In this document: in pieces, positions 54,270 through 64,000 of the stretch
Numbering within the stretch: position 1 is the stretch's first letter
Layout of the letters: every line of letters starts with the position of its first letter
Origin: Atractiella rhizophila
Lineage: Eukaryota
Reading direction: 5' to 3'
DNA: 64,000 bases
NCBI GenBank assembly: GCA_021432655.1
Contig: MU271374.1
Span: 1-64,000, forward strand
Position numbers and translations under genes: made by a program
Notes under the pieces: model-generated
What the model was told of the DNA's origin: nothing
Database searches by the model: none
What the model saw: only the letters and a program-made list of their open reading frames with translations

Positions 54270-55172
54270 ATGGAAGCAGGCGCCGGGCAAATAACGACTA
54301 CTCTATCATCGTCCGGTGAAATTAACTTTTCTTCCCTCTCCGCCAAATACCCGCTCAAGCTCATCTCTCCTACTCGTGCGACTTCCCTACCTCGAGATCT
54401 TGGCAGCGTCTTCGTCATGACATATGGTGGAGGCGTAGTGGGAAACGATTCTGTCAAGCTGGAAGTCAAAGTTGAAGGGAGAAGTCGACTTGCATTATTG
54501 ACACAGGGAAGTACGAAAGTTTTCAAAAGCAAGAGCGGGGGAGAAAGCAGTCGTCAGACTTTAGATTGCACCGTGGAGAAGAATGGTACTCTCTTCGTCC
54601 TTCCCGCTCCGACAACACTTTTCTCCAACGCCTCTTTCGTTCAAAGTCAACTCGTCGAACTCCAGGACAGCACCTGCAGTGTCTGTCTTTTAGATTGGTA
54701 TACATCCGGTCGTTCTCTTTCAAATGCCACAGAGTTGTGGTCTTTCGACCTGTTCAACTCGTTCACTAGCATTAGATATCGCAATATGTCGCTACCAACC
54801 ATCCATGATAACCTCGTCCTTTCTTCCTCCGCCGAATTCGTCTCACTGCCCTCCCGCTTAGGACCGTACACCTGTTACGCCTCCTTCTATCTCATTGGCC
54901 CGGCATTCGCCTCTTTGGCTGAACGTATACACGATTCTTTCACGCAATCCGCCAACATCGTCTATCGGATGAAGGAGCCACTCGACCTCGTTTGGAGCGT
55001 CACCCTCATCAAGAAAGGAGAAGAGGTGATTGGAGCGACAGTAAGGGCGGCGAGTAAGGGCACGGAGAGGATGAGAAATTGGTTGCGCGGCGAAGCGGAA
55101 GATGGGCTGGGAATTGGAAAAGAGCTGGAGGAGGCGTTGGGCAAATCGAATTGGAGGCACGCCATGGCTTGA
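54270..55172 (+). CDS. ureD: Urease accessory protein UreD
   Basis: YPLKLISP, YGGGVVGND, LLTQGSTKVFK, LLDWYTSGR. Single exon. Confidence 0.92.
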   Translation: MEAGAGQITTTLSSSGEINFSSLSAKYPLKLISPTRATSLPRDLGSVFVMTYGGGVVGNDSVKLEVKVEGRSRLALLTQGSTKVFKSKSGGESSRQTLDCTVEKNGTLFVLPAPTTLFSNASFVQSQLVELQDSTCSVCLLDWYTSGRSLSNATELWSFDLFNSFTSIRYRNMSLPTIHDNLVLSSSAEFVSLPSRLGPYTCYASFYLIGPAFASLAERIHDSFTQSANIVYRMKEPLDLVWSVTLIKKGEEVIGATVRAASKGTERMRNWLRGEAEDGLGIGKELEEALGKSNWRHAMA

Positions 55173-55274
55173 ACAAGGAAGAATCATAAGACTCACAGAC
55201 TCAATATTGGCACACTTTTTCATTGAACAGTTCTACACAACAACATTATTTATATAGGATAGGATTTTCGCTGT

Positions 55275-56651
55275 TCATGGTTCCATCGATCGTATGTCTG
55301 CTGACTTCACTTTTCCCTCGAGGAGCAGTTCACTGAGGCATAATCCAGTTCCGGGACCTTCAAATAAACGAGTTATTAACTTCATCAAGGTGTCAGGAAG
55401 AACCCACCCAAGGTGATGCCCCAGACCGCCAATCCAGCTCCTATGACGATATTGTCGCCTAGACTTCCCACTAAACCTGGACCCTTGCTTGTCGTTGGAA
55501 GGTAGCATGCTTGTTCGGTTTTGAGAGTAGCCTTCCCATTTGCAACGTCGAAGTGTTCTGGCGAGAGAGAAGCAACTTGCGAAACAAGTGATTGAGTCGC
55601 AATAGGATCAAAGACCACATCTGTCACTCGTGCAGGGATGGGAGCATCTGGCGCTGGGTTTGGGCCACATATGTACACAGCACCATCAGCGCGAGGATAC
55701 ACCTGTTCCATTGATGAATGACTTTCAGAATGAGTTTGACCCTGCACCAACCTCTGGACCCCAGGAACCCGTAGAGTCTTGTAGTTCGGTAAATAAGGCG
55801 TACTCGCTTTTGCTCGCTGCATCAAAATTCGGTTCGATGACGATCGAATGCGCTCTCCGCCCTCCAACATTGATTTTCAACCCTAGAACTGACTTTGCAA
55901 ACATTCCAGCCCACGGTCCAGCAGCAACAACCAGCCCTCCCTCCGACAAATCGAAGTTCAGAGTGTTCCCGTTCCCGCTGGATCCTACAGCAGACGCTCG
56001 AACTGAAATAGCCTTCTTGCCCTCCATCTTCACCTCGTCCACTTCGTATCCCTCGAAAACATCCACCTTTCCGCTTTTCTTCGCCAATTCCAGGATTTCT
56101 CTGGTGAAGAGACCTGGCGTCACTTGAGCCGTCGTCTCCTTTGTCCCGATTGCGCTGAATTGGTTGATTCCAGATCCAAGCCATGAAGACACTTCCTCAG
56201 GCGGAGCGGACTTCGTTGTTTTCCTCTTTGATGCGGAAGAGTAGGACAGGGAAAGAGTTGAGATACGTCGGTATCCCCATTTCGTCGCTCCGTCATGCTC
56301 ATTTGCTAGTGAAGCATGCAACCCGAAGGAGAGTTTAGCGAGTGATGCTGTGGCTGCAGAGTGCCAATCCTGTTACAGTGTTGCCATCAGAACGACACAC
56401 TTCTTGTTCAGTGAAAGAACTCTCGAAGAGCTTACTAGAGCCAAAAAACCTCCAGACTTTCCACTTGCTCCAGCCGCAATCCTGAGTTTCGCTCAGCGTC
56501 CTATCACCACCAGGTTGGCAAGAAATTCTCACGTTCCCGTCTCGATTACGATGATCTTCGCATTCGATGGCAAGTTTGCACTTTGAGAGAGAAAGTATGC
56601 AGTGCAACAGCCGACAATCCCACCCCCGACGATAACAAAGGTTGCGCTCAT
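55275..56651 (-). CDS. FAD-dependent oxidoreductase (DAO family, Tda3/Btn3-like)
   Basis: VIVGGGIVGCCTAYFL, GASGKSGGFLA, TAQVTPGLFT, VAAGPW, QACYLP, WGITLGPGTG. Confidence 0.88.
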
Positions 56652-56846
56652 GTTCTTGATAACTTTGGCCTCTAGGCTTTTCTTGTTGCGACCAGTTCGA
56701 TGCCATTGGTTTGGTTTGGATGTGCAACTCGAAAAAGTGACGTAGGTGTCCGACCGAACAATATTACCATTAATGCAAGACAACGTTCAACAGCACGCCA
56801 TGACCATATGTCTCTGCTCTCGGGCAGAAAAAATGGCAAAAGGTAA

Positions 56847-56924
56847 TGACGAGAGTGGGATTCGAACCCACGCCCGAAGACTGCGGCCTTAACACAGCGC
56901 CTTAGACCACTCGGCCATCTCGCC
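56847..56924 (-). tRNA. tRNA-Leu(AAG), intronless
   Basis: GGCGAGATGGCCGAGTGGTCTAAGGCGCTGTGTTAAGGCCGCAGTCTTCGGGCGTGGGTTCGAATCCCACTCTCGTCA folds into a cloverleaf with A and B boxes, anticodon AAG and a downstream oligo-T. Confidence 0.95.
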
Positions 56925-57096
56925 CATTTGTTGAATGGTATTCCATATGTATGCTTATACGCTGCCAAGCATCAGCAACGGAACCTGGCCAGAACCCGAC
57001 AACAAGCCCCAAGAGAGGGAGAGGAAAGACTCACCACTCACTCCTTCGTGATTTACTGCAACATCATTCAAGAGACAGCTGAAAGAGCAGGCAGAA

Positions 57097-58343
57097 ATGA
57101 GCACTTCTAATCGTAACTCCAATGTCTTGTTTGGTGCGTTCTTTTTTCATCAATTTGAGGCTGCTCACAACTTCTCCAGTTGGCAGTGTGTACCCACGAC
57201 CTCTTCCAGTTTCTCGTATGACCTTTGAATACAGATCTCCCGTATGATTACACAGAGGAGCAAATGCAGGATGTATGTTTTCCTCTGCTGAAGGTGCATG
57301 CACCCGTTCACACCACAGAACAGATGTTTCGCACCGTTGGACCCGTCAAGTCAGTGCGGTAAGTCCTCACGAGGTTCTTTGGCAGAACGTTTAGGTGGCT
57401 GAAATTTTCATCAGATTAGTATTCGAACGAGACACGGGTAAGCCGCGAGGCTTTGGATTCTGCGAATTTTTTGGTGCATAGTATTCTATCAACGTTGGAC
57501 ACGAGCTGAAGTGGCAAATAGACGTCGAGACCGCTTCTTCTGCCCTACGAAACCTCAATGGGATGGACGTTGGTGGTCGCTCGTTGCGCCTGGATTTCGC
57601 GGATCCAGAGGATGAGCCCAGGAGGGAGAGAGGTGACAGGCGTGATAGGGACAGGGGACGTGGAGGCCCTGCTGAGGAGAAACAACAGATTCCGAAAGGT
57701 AAAATTAGTCCCTGTCTCCATATCCCGTGCGCTCATTCTGGCTCAAAGGTGTACCTGTTCCTCCTGGTGCAAGTGCGACGGACGTTATAAGTAAGACGCT
57801 CGCTACCATGCCGCCTCATCAACTGCTGGATGTTATGACACAAATGAAGGTTTGCCCTTTAGATTTAAGTGAACTTATAGACTGCTGATGCTTGTACCCA
57901 GTCCCTAGTAACGACATCCCCGGATCAAGCCCGCGCCCTCCTCAATTCCAACCCACAAGTGACATATGCACTGTTCCAAGCCTTGCTCATGATGAATATC
58001 GTGGACTCAAATGTCCTCCAACGTCTTCTAGTCTCCAATGCCGGTGCACCCGTCCCAGCAGCTCCCGCTTTTGCCCCTCCTCCAGTATTTCAACAACCAG
58101 TACCGGCGTTCACTCCAGCTCCCATACCTATACCAGCACCAGCTCCTGCCGCTCCTCCCTCTGCAGACGCGCACCAGCTCATTACACAGGTACTGGCGAT
58201 GACTGAGGAACAGATTAACATGTTGGCACCGGAACAGAGGACGACGATATTGCAGATTGTACGTGTTTCTTCCTCCTGAGAGGATGAGCCACTGACTTGG
58301 AACTTTGTATCGTATGAAGAGGGCACAAGCAGGCATCCGTTAG
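57097..58343 (+). CDS. RNA15: Cleavage stimulation factor subunit 2 (CstF-64/Rna15)
   Basis: RRM (LVFERDTGKPRGFGFCEF...LRNLNG..RSLRLDFA); hinge (ISKTLATMPPHQLLDVMTQMK...ALFQALLMM); C-terminal QVLAMTEEQINMLAPEQR. Confidence 0.92.
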
Positions 58344-58568
58344 CTCGTTCACGTATCCTTCTTTTCCAATTTGCAATGTACAAATGCTTTTCAAGACTAT
58401 CGAATGAGAAAATCGAAGTACTGCACTATCTTGACATCCAAACAGATGGCTTGACATGTCCGTATCTCACCCCAACTCAAGTCAGCAAACAGGTGCTGTT
58501 GCCTTGACATCTATCCTCCCGCCTTTCGCTGGCACACTTCATAGAAAGTAGGACGGTCGCCTCTACTG

Positions 58569-58976
58569 CTAATCTACCGAGATTCCTTTAGTTCTTAAGT
58601 CATCTTTCGCCATTTTGATTTCCTGTTTGCCCCACGCAAAGCCCAGTTCATCTGGCGGGTCCCGAGAGAAGAGAATTGAAGGACTAACGAGTAGTAGGTC
58701 TCTGTAATCCTGCTCACACTCCCCGAAGCTATAAACACCCATCCCTAGCTGCCAAAGACACCAACAGCCAAAGCTAATAAGCAACCAAAACGGTAACTGT
58801 GCCAAAATTCACGTATGAGCAAATGTATGCGTGTAAGGTCGCGAAAAGCTGACAACTTGTAAGAAGTAGTATTTTACATCGTCGTCTAGCGGGAGAGGCA
58901 GAAAATCGAAGTAGAAAAGGGTCCATAGGGCTGTAGCGCTGAAGAAATAGGTGAGCAGTCGGTTGAAGCGTGTCAT
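58569..58976 (-). CDS. DPM3: Dolichol-phosphate mannosyltransferase subunit 3
   Basis: MTR...LPFWLLISFGCWCLWQLGMGVYSFGEC...LLLEIKMAKDDLRTKGISVD*. Confidence 0.92.
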
Positions 58977-59047
58977 AGTGGTTGTTCTCAAGTCACTGGC
59001 ACAGTGGCAAAGTCCAGCAAAACTTTTGAAACGACCACTTCAAGACG

Positions 59048-60767
59048 ATGCTACGACGGCAGCTCTTCAACGCTTCTCGCAGGCTCTCTACTGCTCGCCA
59101 TGCTCACGAATCAGTTCTTACTACCCTCCCAAACGGGGTACGAGTGACGAGTGAGAATAGCCCAGGGCACTTTGTCAGCGCTGGCATTTACATAGACGCT
59201 GGGTCACGGTATGAGTATGGGCGCACGAGCGGTTGCTCTCATCTGCTAGATAGATTAGCATTCAAGGTGAGTATCTCTTTGGATCTGCGGAGGAAGAACA
59301 CTGGGTGAAAGTGCGTTGTAGAGCACCTCAAATCGCACAAGCGAGGAAATGATGGACGAAATCTCAAAATTGGGAGGCCAATTCATCTCTTCTTCTTCTC
59401 GTGAAGCTATCCACTATCAAGCCGTCTCGTACTCCAACACTCTCCCTCAAATTCTTTCCGTCCTCTCCGACACCGTCCTCTCCCCAGCGATCACTTCAGA
59501 AGAACTCGAAGACCAGCGGTTAACAACTGCTTTCGAGGTGCTGGAGATCAAGCAGAAACCAGAGATGATTCTTCCTGAGCTCCTCCATGAGGTAGCTTGG
59601 GAAGGGAACACGCTAGGGAATCCGCTAATGTGCGACACAGAGCGTTTAGGAACCATCCAAGCGCACGAGATTCAGGAGTACTGGCGGGAATGGTATCAAC
59701 CCGACAAAATCCTGGTCGCAGCTGTCGGAGTGGATCATGAAGAGCTGCTCAAACTATCAGAACGCTATTTCGGACACCTAGAGGCACGTAAAGCCCCATC
59801 GAATGCGACACTCAATGCTCGACAAAGCGTACCACCTCACCTCCTCCATCCATCGTCCAACAACACGCGACCCGGTTTGTTTAAAAACCTCTCAACATTT
59901 TCACCTTCGCTCGCATCAGTCTCATCTCTCTTCCCCCAGTCGTCCCCAAGTCCCTACAACTTCTCTTCCCATCCTTCAGTTGCCGAGCTCTCCTCCCTTC
60001 CTGCCCGCTACACCGGCGGCCAAGTCTACCTCCCAAAACCCGATTCCGAATTCACTCACCTTTTCGTTGGTTTTGAAGGGCTCCCCGTATTTTCTCCAGA
60101 CATTTATACCCTCGCTACCCTGCAAGTCTTATTAGGAGGAGGAGGCTCCTTCTCGGCTGGAGGTCCTGGCAAAGGGATGTACTCGCGGCTATACACCAAC
60201 GTTTTGAACCAGTACTACCTGGTAGATCACTGTGCCTCCTTCCATCACTGCTATCGCGATTCCGGACTTTTCGGGGTGGCCATCTCTGTCCATCCGACTG
60301 CGATGGGGTCAGCAGGAGAAATAGTTGCGCGGGAACTCTACAATGTGACGGGAGAGGGCAGGGGAGGAATAACGGAGACGGAACTTTCGAGAGCGAAGAA
60401 TCAGCTCAAGAGCTCGATGGTCATGGCACTCGAGAGCAGGCTGGTGCAATGTGAGGATTTGGGGAGACAAACTCAGACACATGGACGAAAAGTCAGCGCT
60501 CAGGAAATGCAGGAGCGGATAGATGAAGTTACGGTACAAGATATCTATCGTGTCGCTAAACACGTCTTCACTAGAGGAGAACCGACGATTCTTGGAATGG
60601 GAGAGAATGTGGAGACCTTGGGCGATGTTGCTGGGACGTTGAAGCGGTGGGGTTTTGGGAGTGGGAAGGTTCGGACGAGTTTTAGGGTGAAGAAGAAGTG
60701 GATGGATGATTTAGAGGTATACGAAGCACAGAAGAGGATGATGGAACAAGAGTCAGCTTCTTCTTAA
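59048..60767 (+). CDS. MAS2: Mitochondrial processing peptidase alpha subunit
   Basis: LTTLPNGVRV, IDAGSRYE, SHLLDRLAFK, and the glycine-rich loop GGGGSFSAGGPGKGMYSRLY. The 3' end is uncertain. Confidence 0.95.
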
Positions 60768-60962
60768 TTCTAACTTATTCCCATTCCCTGTAATGCATAC
60801 CCCGTCGTCGTTCAGTCAGCTTCAGCTCCACAAGTACTTCACTTTGACGCCTTATTGGATGACCCCTGCAGTACAAAGAAATGAAAGCACAGATTGGATT
60901 ACAGTTAAAGAGAGAAATATCGAAACTTTTGGAGACAAGTAGCAACATGATGTCGATGTCAC

Positions 60963-63900
60963 TCAGATAGTGAACTCGGATTGAAGCCTGATATCCCTCG
61001 AGCTCGAACCGATGTGAACGGTGTATTTCCCCTTGGGAATGGTCCACTTTTGGGCAACGACGTCCCAGATGGACTATTTGTATAGCGTTAGAAGCATGCT
61101 TCTGTATACGGGATGATGAACGTACGATATCTTTGGCCCTCAGCTTCAGGGACACTTGCTCTGTCTGTCCTTTCTTGATGAAGACTCGATCAAAGTCCCT
61201 CAAAACCTTAGGAGGCTCCTCTGCATTGATCCTTCAGCACAAAGGCCTATCTGGGGATGAGAAAACTCACGGGCAGACTTGGGGTATTCGAGGTAAAGTT
61301 GGTAGACCTCGTTTCCATCACTTGATCCAGTGTTCTTGATCTTGAAGGAAGCAGTGTAGGCATCATCGTAGAGGTAAGTTGGGCCACCAGAAGCCTTGAC
61401 GATTTGAGCAGGAGCAGAGGTAGGTCCTACCTTCTTGACCTTGAGGTTGGAGTAAGAAAAGGTGGTGTAGCTGAGACCGAAACCGAATTCGAAGCGAGGG
61501 GCAATGTTCTTCGCGTCAAAGTATCTGTAGTCGATGTTGAGCTTCTCCTTATAAGTGATCTGAGGAATGGTGTTCGGTTCAGCATCGTAGAGGACATCAG
61601 CGTTGTAGTCTGAGCGCTTCTTTGCCCAAGTGTAAGGAGTGCGACCGGAGGGGTTGACCTTGCCGAAGAGAATGTCGACGATAGCATTTCCAGACTCTTG
61701 CCCAGGAAGTCCGGCGGCGAGGACGGCGGTGACGTTCTATACGTCGAGACCTCAGCGATTTGCTGTATTGTTGCTGAATGAGACACACCTTGTGGTTGAT
61801 CCAAGCCTCAACATCGACTGGTCCTACATTGTGCATGATGACTACAGTGTTGTCGCATTCAGAGGCCTAAGAGACTGGTGAGCGAATTGCGTCGAGCGGA
61901 GGACAAAAACATACAGTGGTCTTGATCAACTCATTACCAGCGTGCCAGAGCGTGAGGTTGTTCCTATCACCAGCGTTTCCGTCGACAGTGATCTAACCTT
62001 GAATTAAGCATCAAATGTCTCCTAGCACGATTGAAAACTCACGTATCCCTCACCAGAGTCAGAGTTAGCGAAGACAAGGCAGACTTCAGCCTGACGAGCG
62101 ACAGCGCGAATTTGACCGTAGTTGAAGTCGTCGAGGACGAAACTAAGAAAAATTGTGAGTTATGCTCAGAGGAAGGAAAAGGAACAAGATATACTCAATG
62201 GGAGTGGAGGGACTGTGGGCGTTCATGTAGCTCTGGATGGCAGCGAGGGGATCGATGAGGTAAGGGAAGTTAGCCTAACGCAGGACGGACGCAAAGTCAA
62301 CATCACAGTTGCAAAGGTAGATTAGCTATTCGAGAAGAGCGCTCACAGTTCCAGATCCCCATCCCATGGCGAGGGTTCCTTCGTCACCACCACGATCAGA
62401 GAACCCATTGGGTCCTCCCTTGGCTGGTCCGGCATCAGAACCGATGACGGCAATGCGCTTGAACTTCTTCTCGTTCAGTGGGAGAGCTTTCTTGACGTTT
62501 TTGAGGAGGACGGTTGAAGCTGCACCAATATCCCTGATAATCTTATAATGATCGTCCTGGACATTGATGTGCTCGTTCCTATTTAGACACAGTTGAGCAG
62601 TTATGATTTGATATGGCAAAAAAGAGAAACTCACACTAAGGCACCATTTTTGTCGTAGGTGTCTTGGAAGTTGTCTGTTAAGAAATAGCTATTAGATCTT
62701 GGACACACAAATGAGGTGAACGAAAGACATACAATTGAAGTTGAGGTGAGGGTAGTTTTTGTCTTGTCCAAGCTTGTAGTAGGCAGACATCGTGCGCACA
62801 ACCATGTCAGTAACACGAGCCTGCAAGCAGTAATCATTAGAATACCGCAGTGAAGAGGGAACATCATCTGAGCGTACCTCGGGAACAGAGCCGTTGCGGA
62901 CTGCTTCGATCAAGGCACTTCCCCAGTAGCTATGGGTAGTGTTGGTCGGGTTGGGTTCGCTTGGTCTTCCATCGTAAGCGGTGAATCCAGGCATGTTCAT
63001 ATCGGTACTGTATATTAATGGTAAGTATTCAGCGTTCACGAAAAAGTTGTAGTGCTCACCCAGCAAGAGCACTGTTGACACCAGAGACCATAGCTGCCCA
63101 ATCAGAGAGCATGAAACCCTGGAAGTCGAGCTCGTCCTTTGCGAGACCATTAATGATCTTGGAGTTCTCGCAGGCGTGAGTCTGGTTGATCCTGTTGTAA
63201 GAGCACATGATCGAACCGACTCCGGCGTGTACCGATTCAGCGAAAGGCCAAGCGTAGACTTCATGCATGGTGCGGTCGTCGATGTCTGCCGATACCAATG
63301 ATCAGGACTTGGCCTTAAGTATGCAGGAGAATAGCATCGCACTGGAGGAAGAGGTTTGACCTCCAGATCCACCACGGTAGTGTTCCTGCTCATTACCGAC
63401 GAAATGCTTCGCGTTGCTGGTCAGGTTCTCATTAGGCTGAGTAATTATGTTAAGGTAGTGAGACGAACGCAATGACGCCTTGTTCCTGGACTCCCTTAAT
63501 GTGAAGGGCAGCCGCAATACCAGCGAAAGACGGATCGGCTCCCCAGCCTTCCCAGTTCCTGTACAACTAATGTCAATGACGAGCTCGTTGCATTGAGACA
63601 GGAGCAGGAAGCGCACCTTCCTCCAGCGGCGACACGTCCCAAGTTCATCATGGGACCCAAGTGAACATTGATACCCTTGCCTCTGAACTCTTGGCCCATA
63701 GCCACGGCACGCTTGTAGATGAGATCTTTGCTCCACGTCTACATGCATAATGTTCAGCAAATGCCACAAAGGGGACAAGGGGGACGTACAGCAGCAGCGT
63801 TGATGGCTGCAGGGAAAGCGGAAACGTAGTCCGCGAGCCTGACCCCTAGAGTGATTTGTCCCTGTCAATCATGTATTCTTGTTCTGAGAGTTGTTCACAT

Positions 63901-64000
63901 ACCCAGTGGGCCATCTTCCAGGCAGAATCCTTTGAAGCCAAGTCGCGTAATCTCACCTATGAGAACCAAGCGTCACTAAGAGCTCTGCAAGGTATCACAG
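60963..64000 (-). CDS. GH3 beta-glucosidase, many introns (5' end beyond window)
   Basis: KHFVGNEQE, DDRTMHEVYAWPF, MCSYNRIN, GFMLSDW, STVLLKN, GTLAMGWGSG, FEFGFGLSYTTF, LRDFD, GSSSRDIRL. Confidence 0.95.

Noticed and set aside
54270..55172. Intronless UreD as a bacterial HGT or urease operon
   Set aside because: The motifs fit ordinary fungal UreD, and no urease, UreF or UreG genes are nearby.

Overview
Gene-dense eukaryotic DNA from a fungus. It is most likely a basidiomycete, inferred from the many ~45-60 nt GT-AG introns and the protein families present. I can support about 25 protein-coding genes: NCA2, VPS72, DSC3, MSS51, histone H3, GPI2, SCJ1, RRS1, an arrestin, shugoshin, an elongase, an NmrA-like reductase, a SET protein, an AKR, an acyl-CoA synthetase, UreD, a DAO-family oxidoreductase, CstF-64, DPM3, MAS2, a GH3 glucosidase and several hypotheticals. 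There is also one tRNA-Leu(AAG). No transposon or CRISPR array was recognised. Highlights: (1) an old ~3.2 kb tandem duplication (~5790-12170) whose DSC3 and MSS51 edge fragments have decayed, while a hidden 7-exon gene with 12-nt and 7-nt micro-exons (~113 aa, C-x-C-x17-H-x3-C) is intact in both copies; (2) a protein with a YlxR/RnpM(DUF448)-like motif head-to-head with MSS51; (3) a near-identical 2.06 kb tandem duplication of exons 2-to-end of the acyl-CoA synthetase; (4) a hairpin-rich long intron in DSC3 and a 484-nt first intron in a slightly variant H3; (5) recurrent CACGTG E-boxes in non-coding DNA. All gene models and family calls were made by eye, with no database searches.
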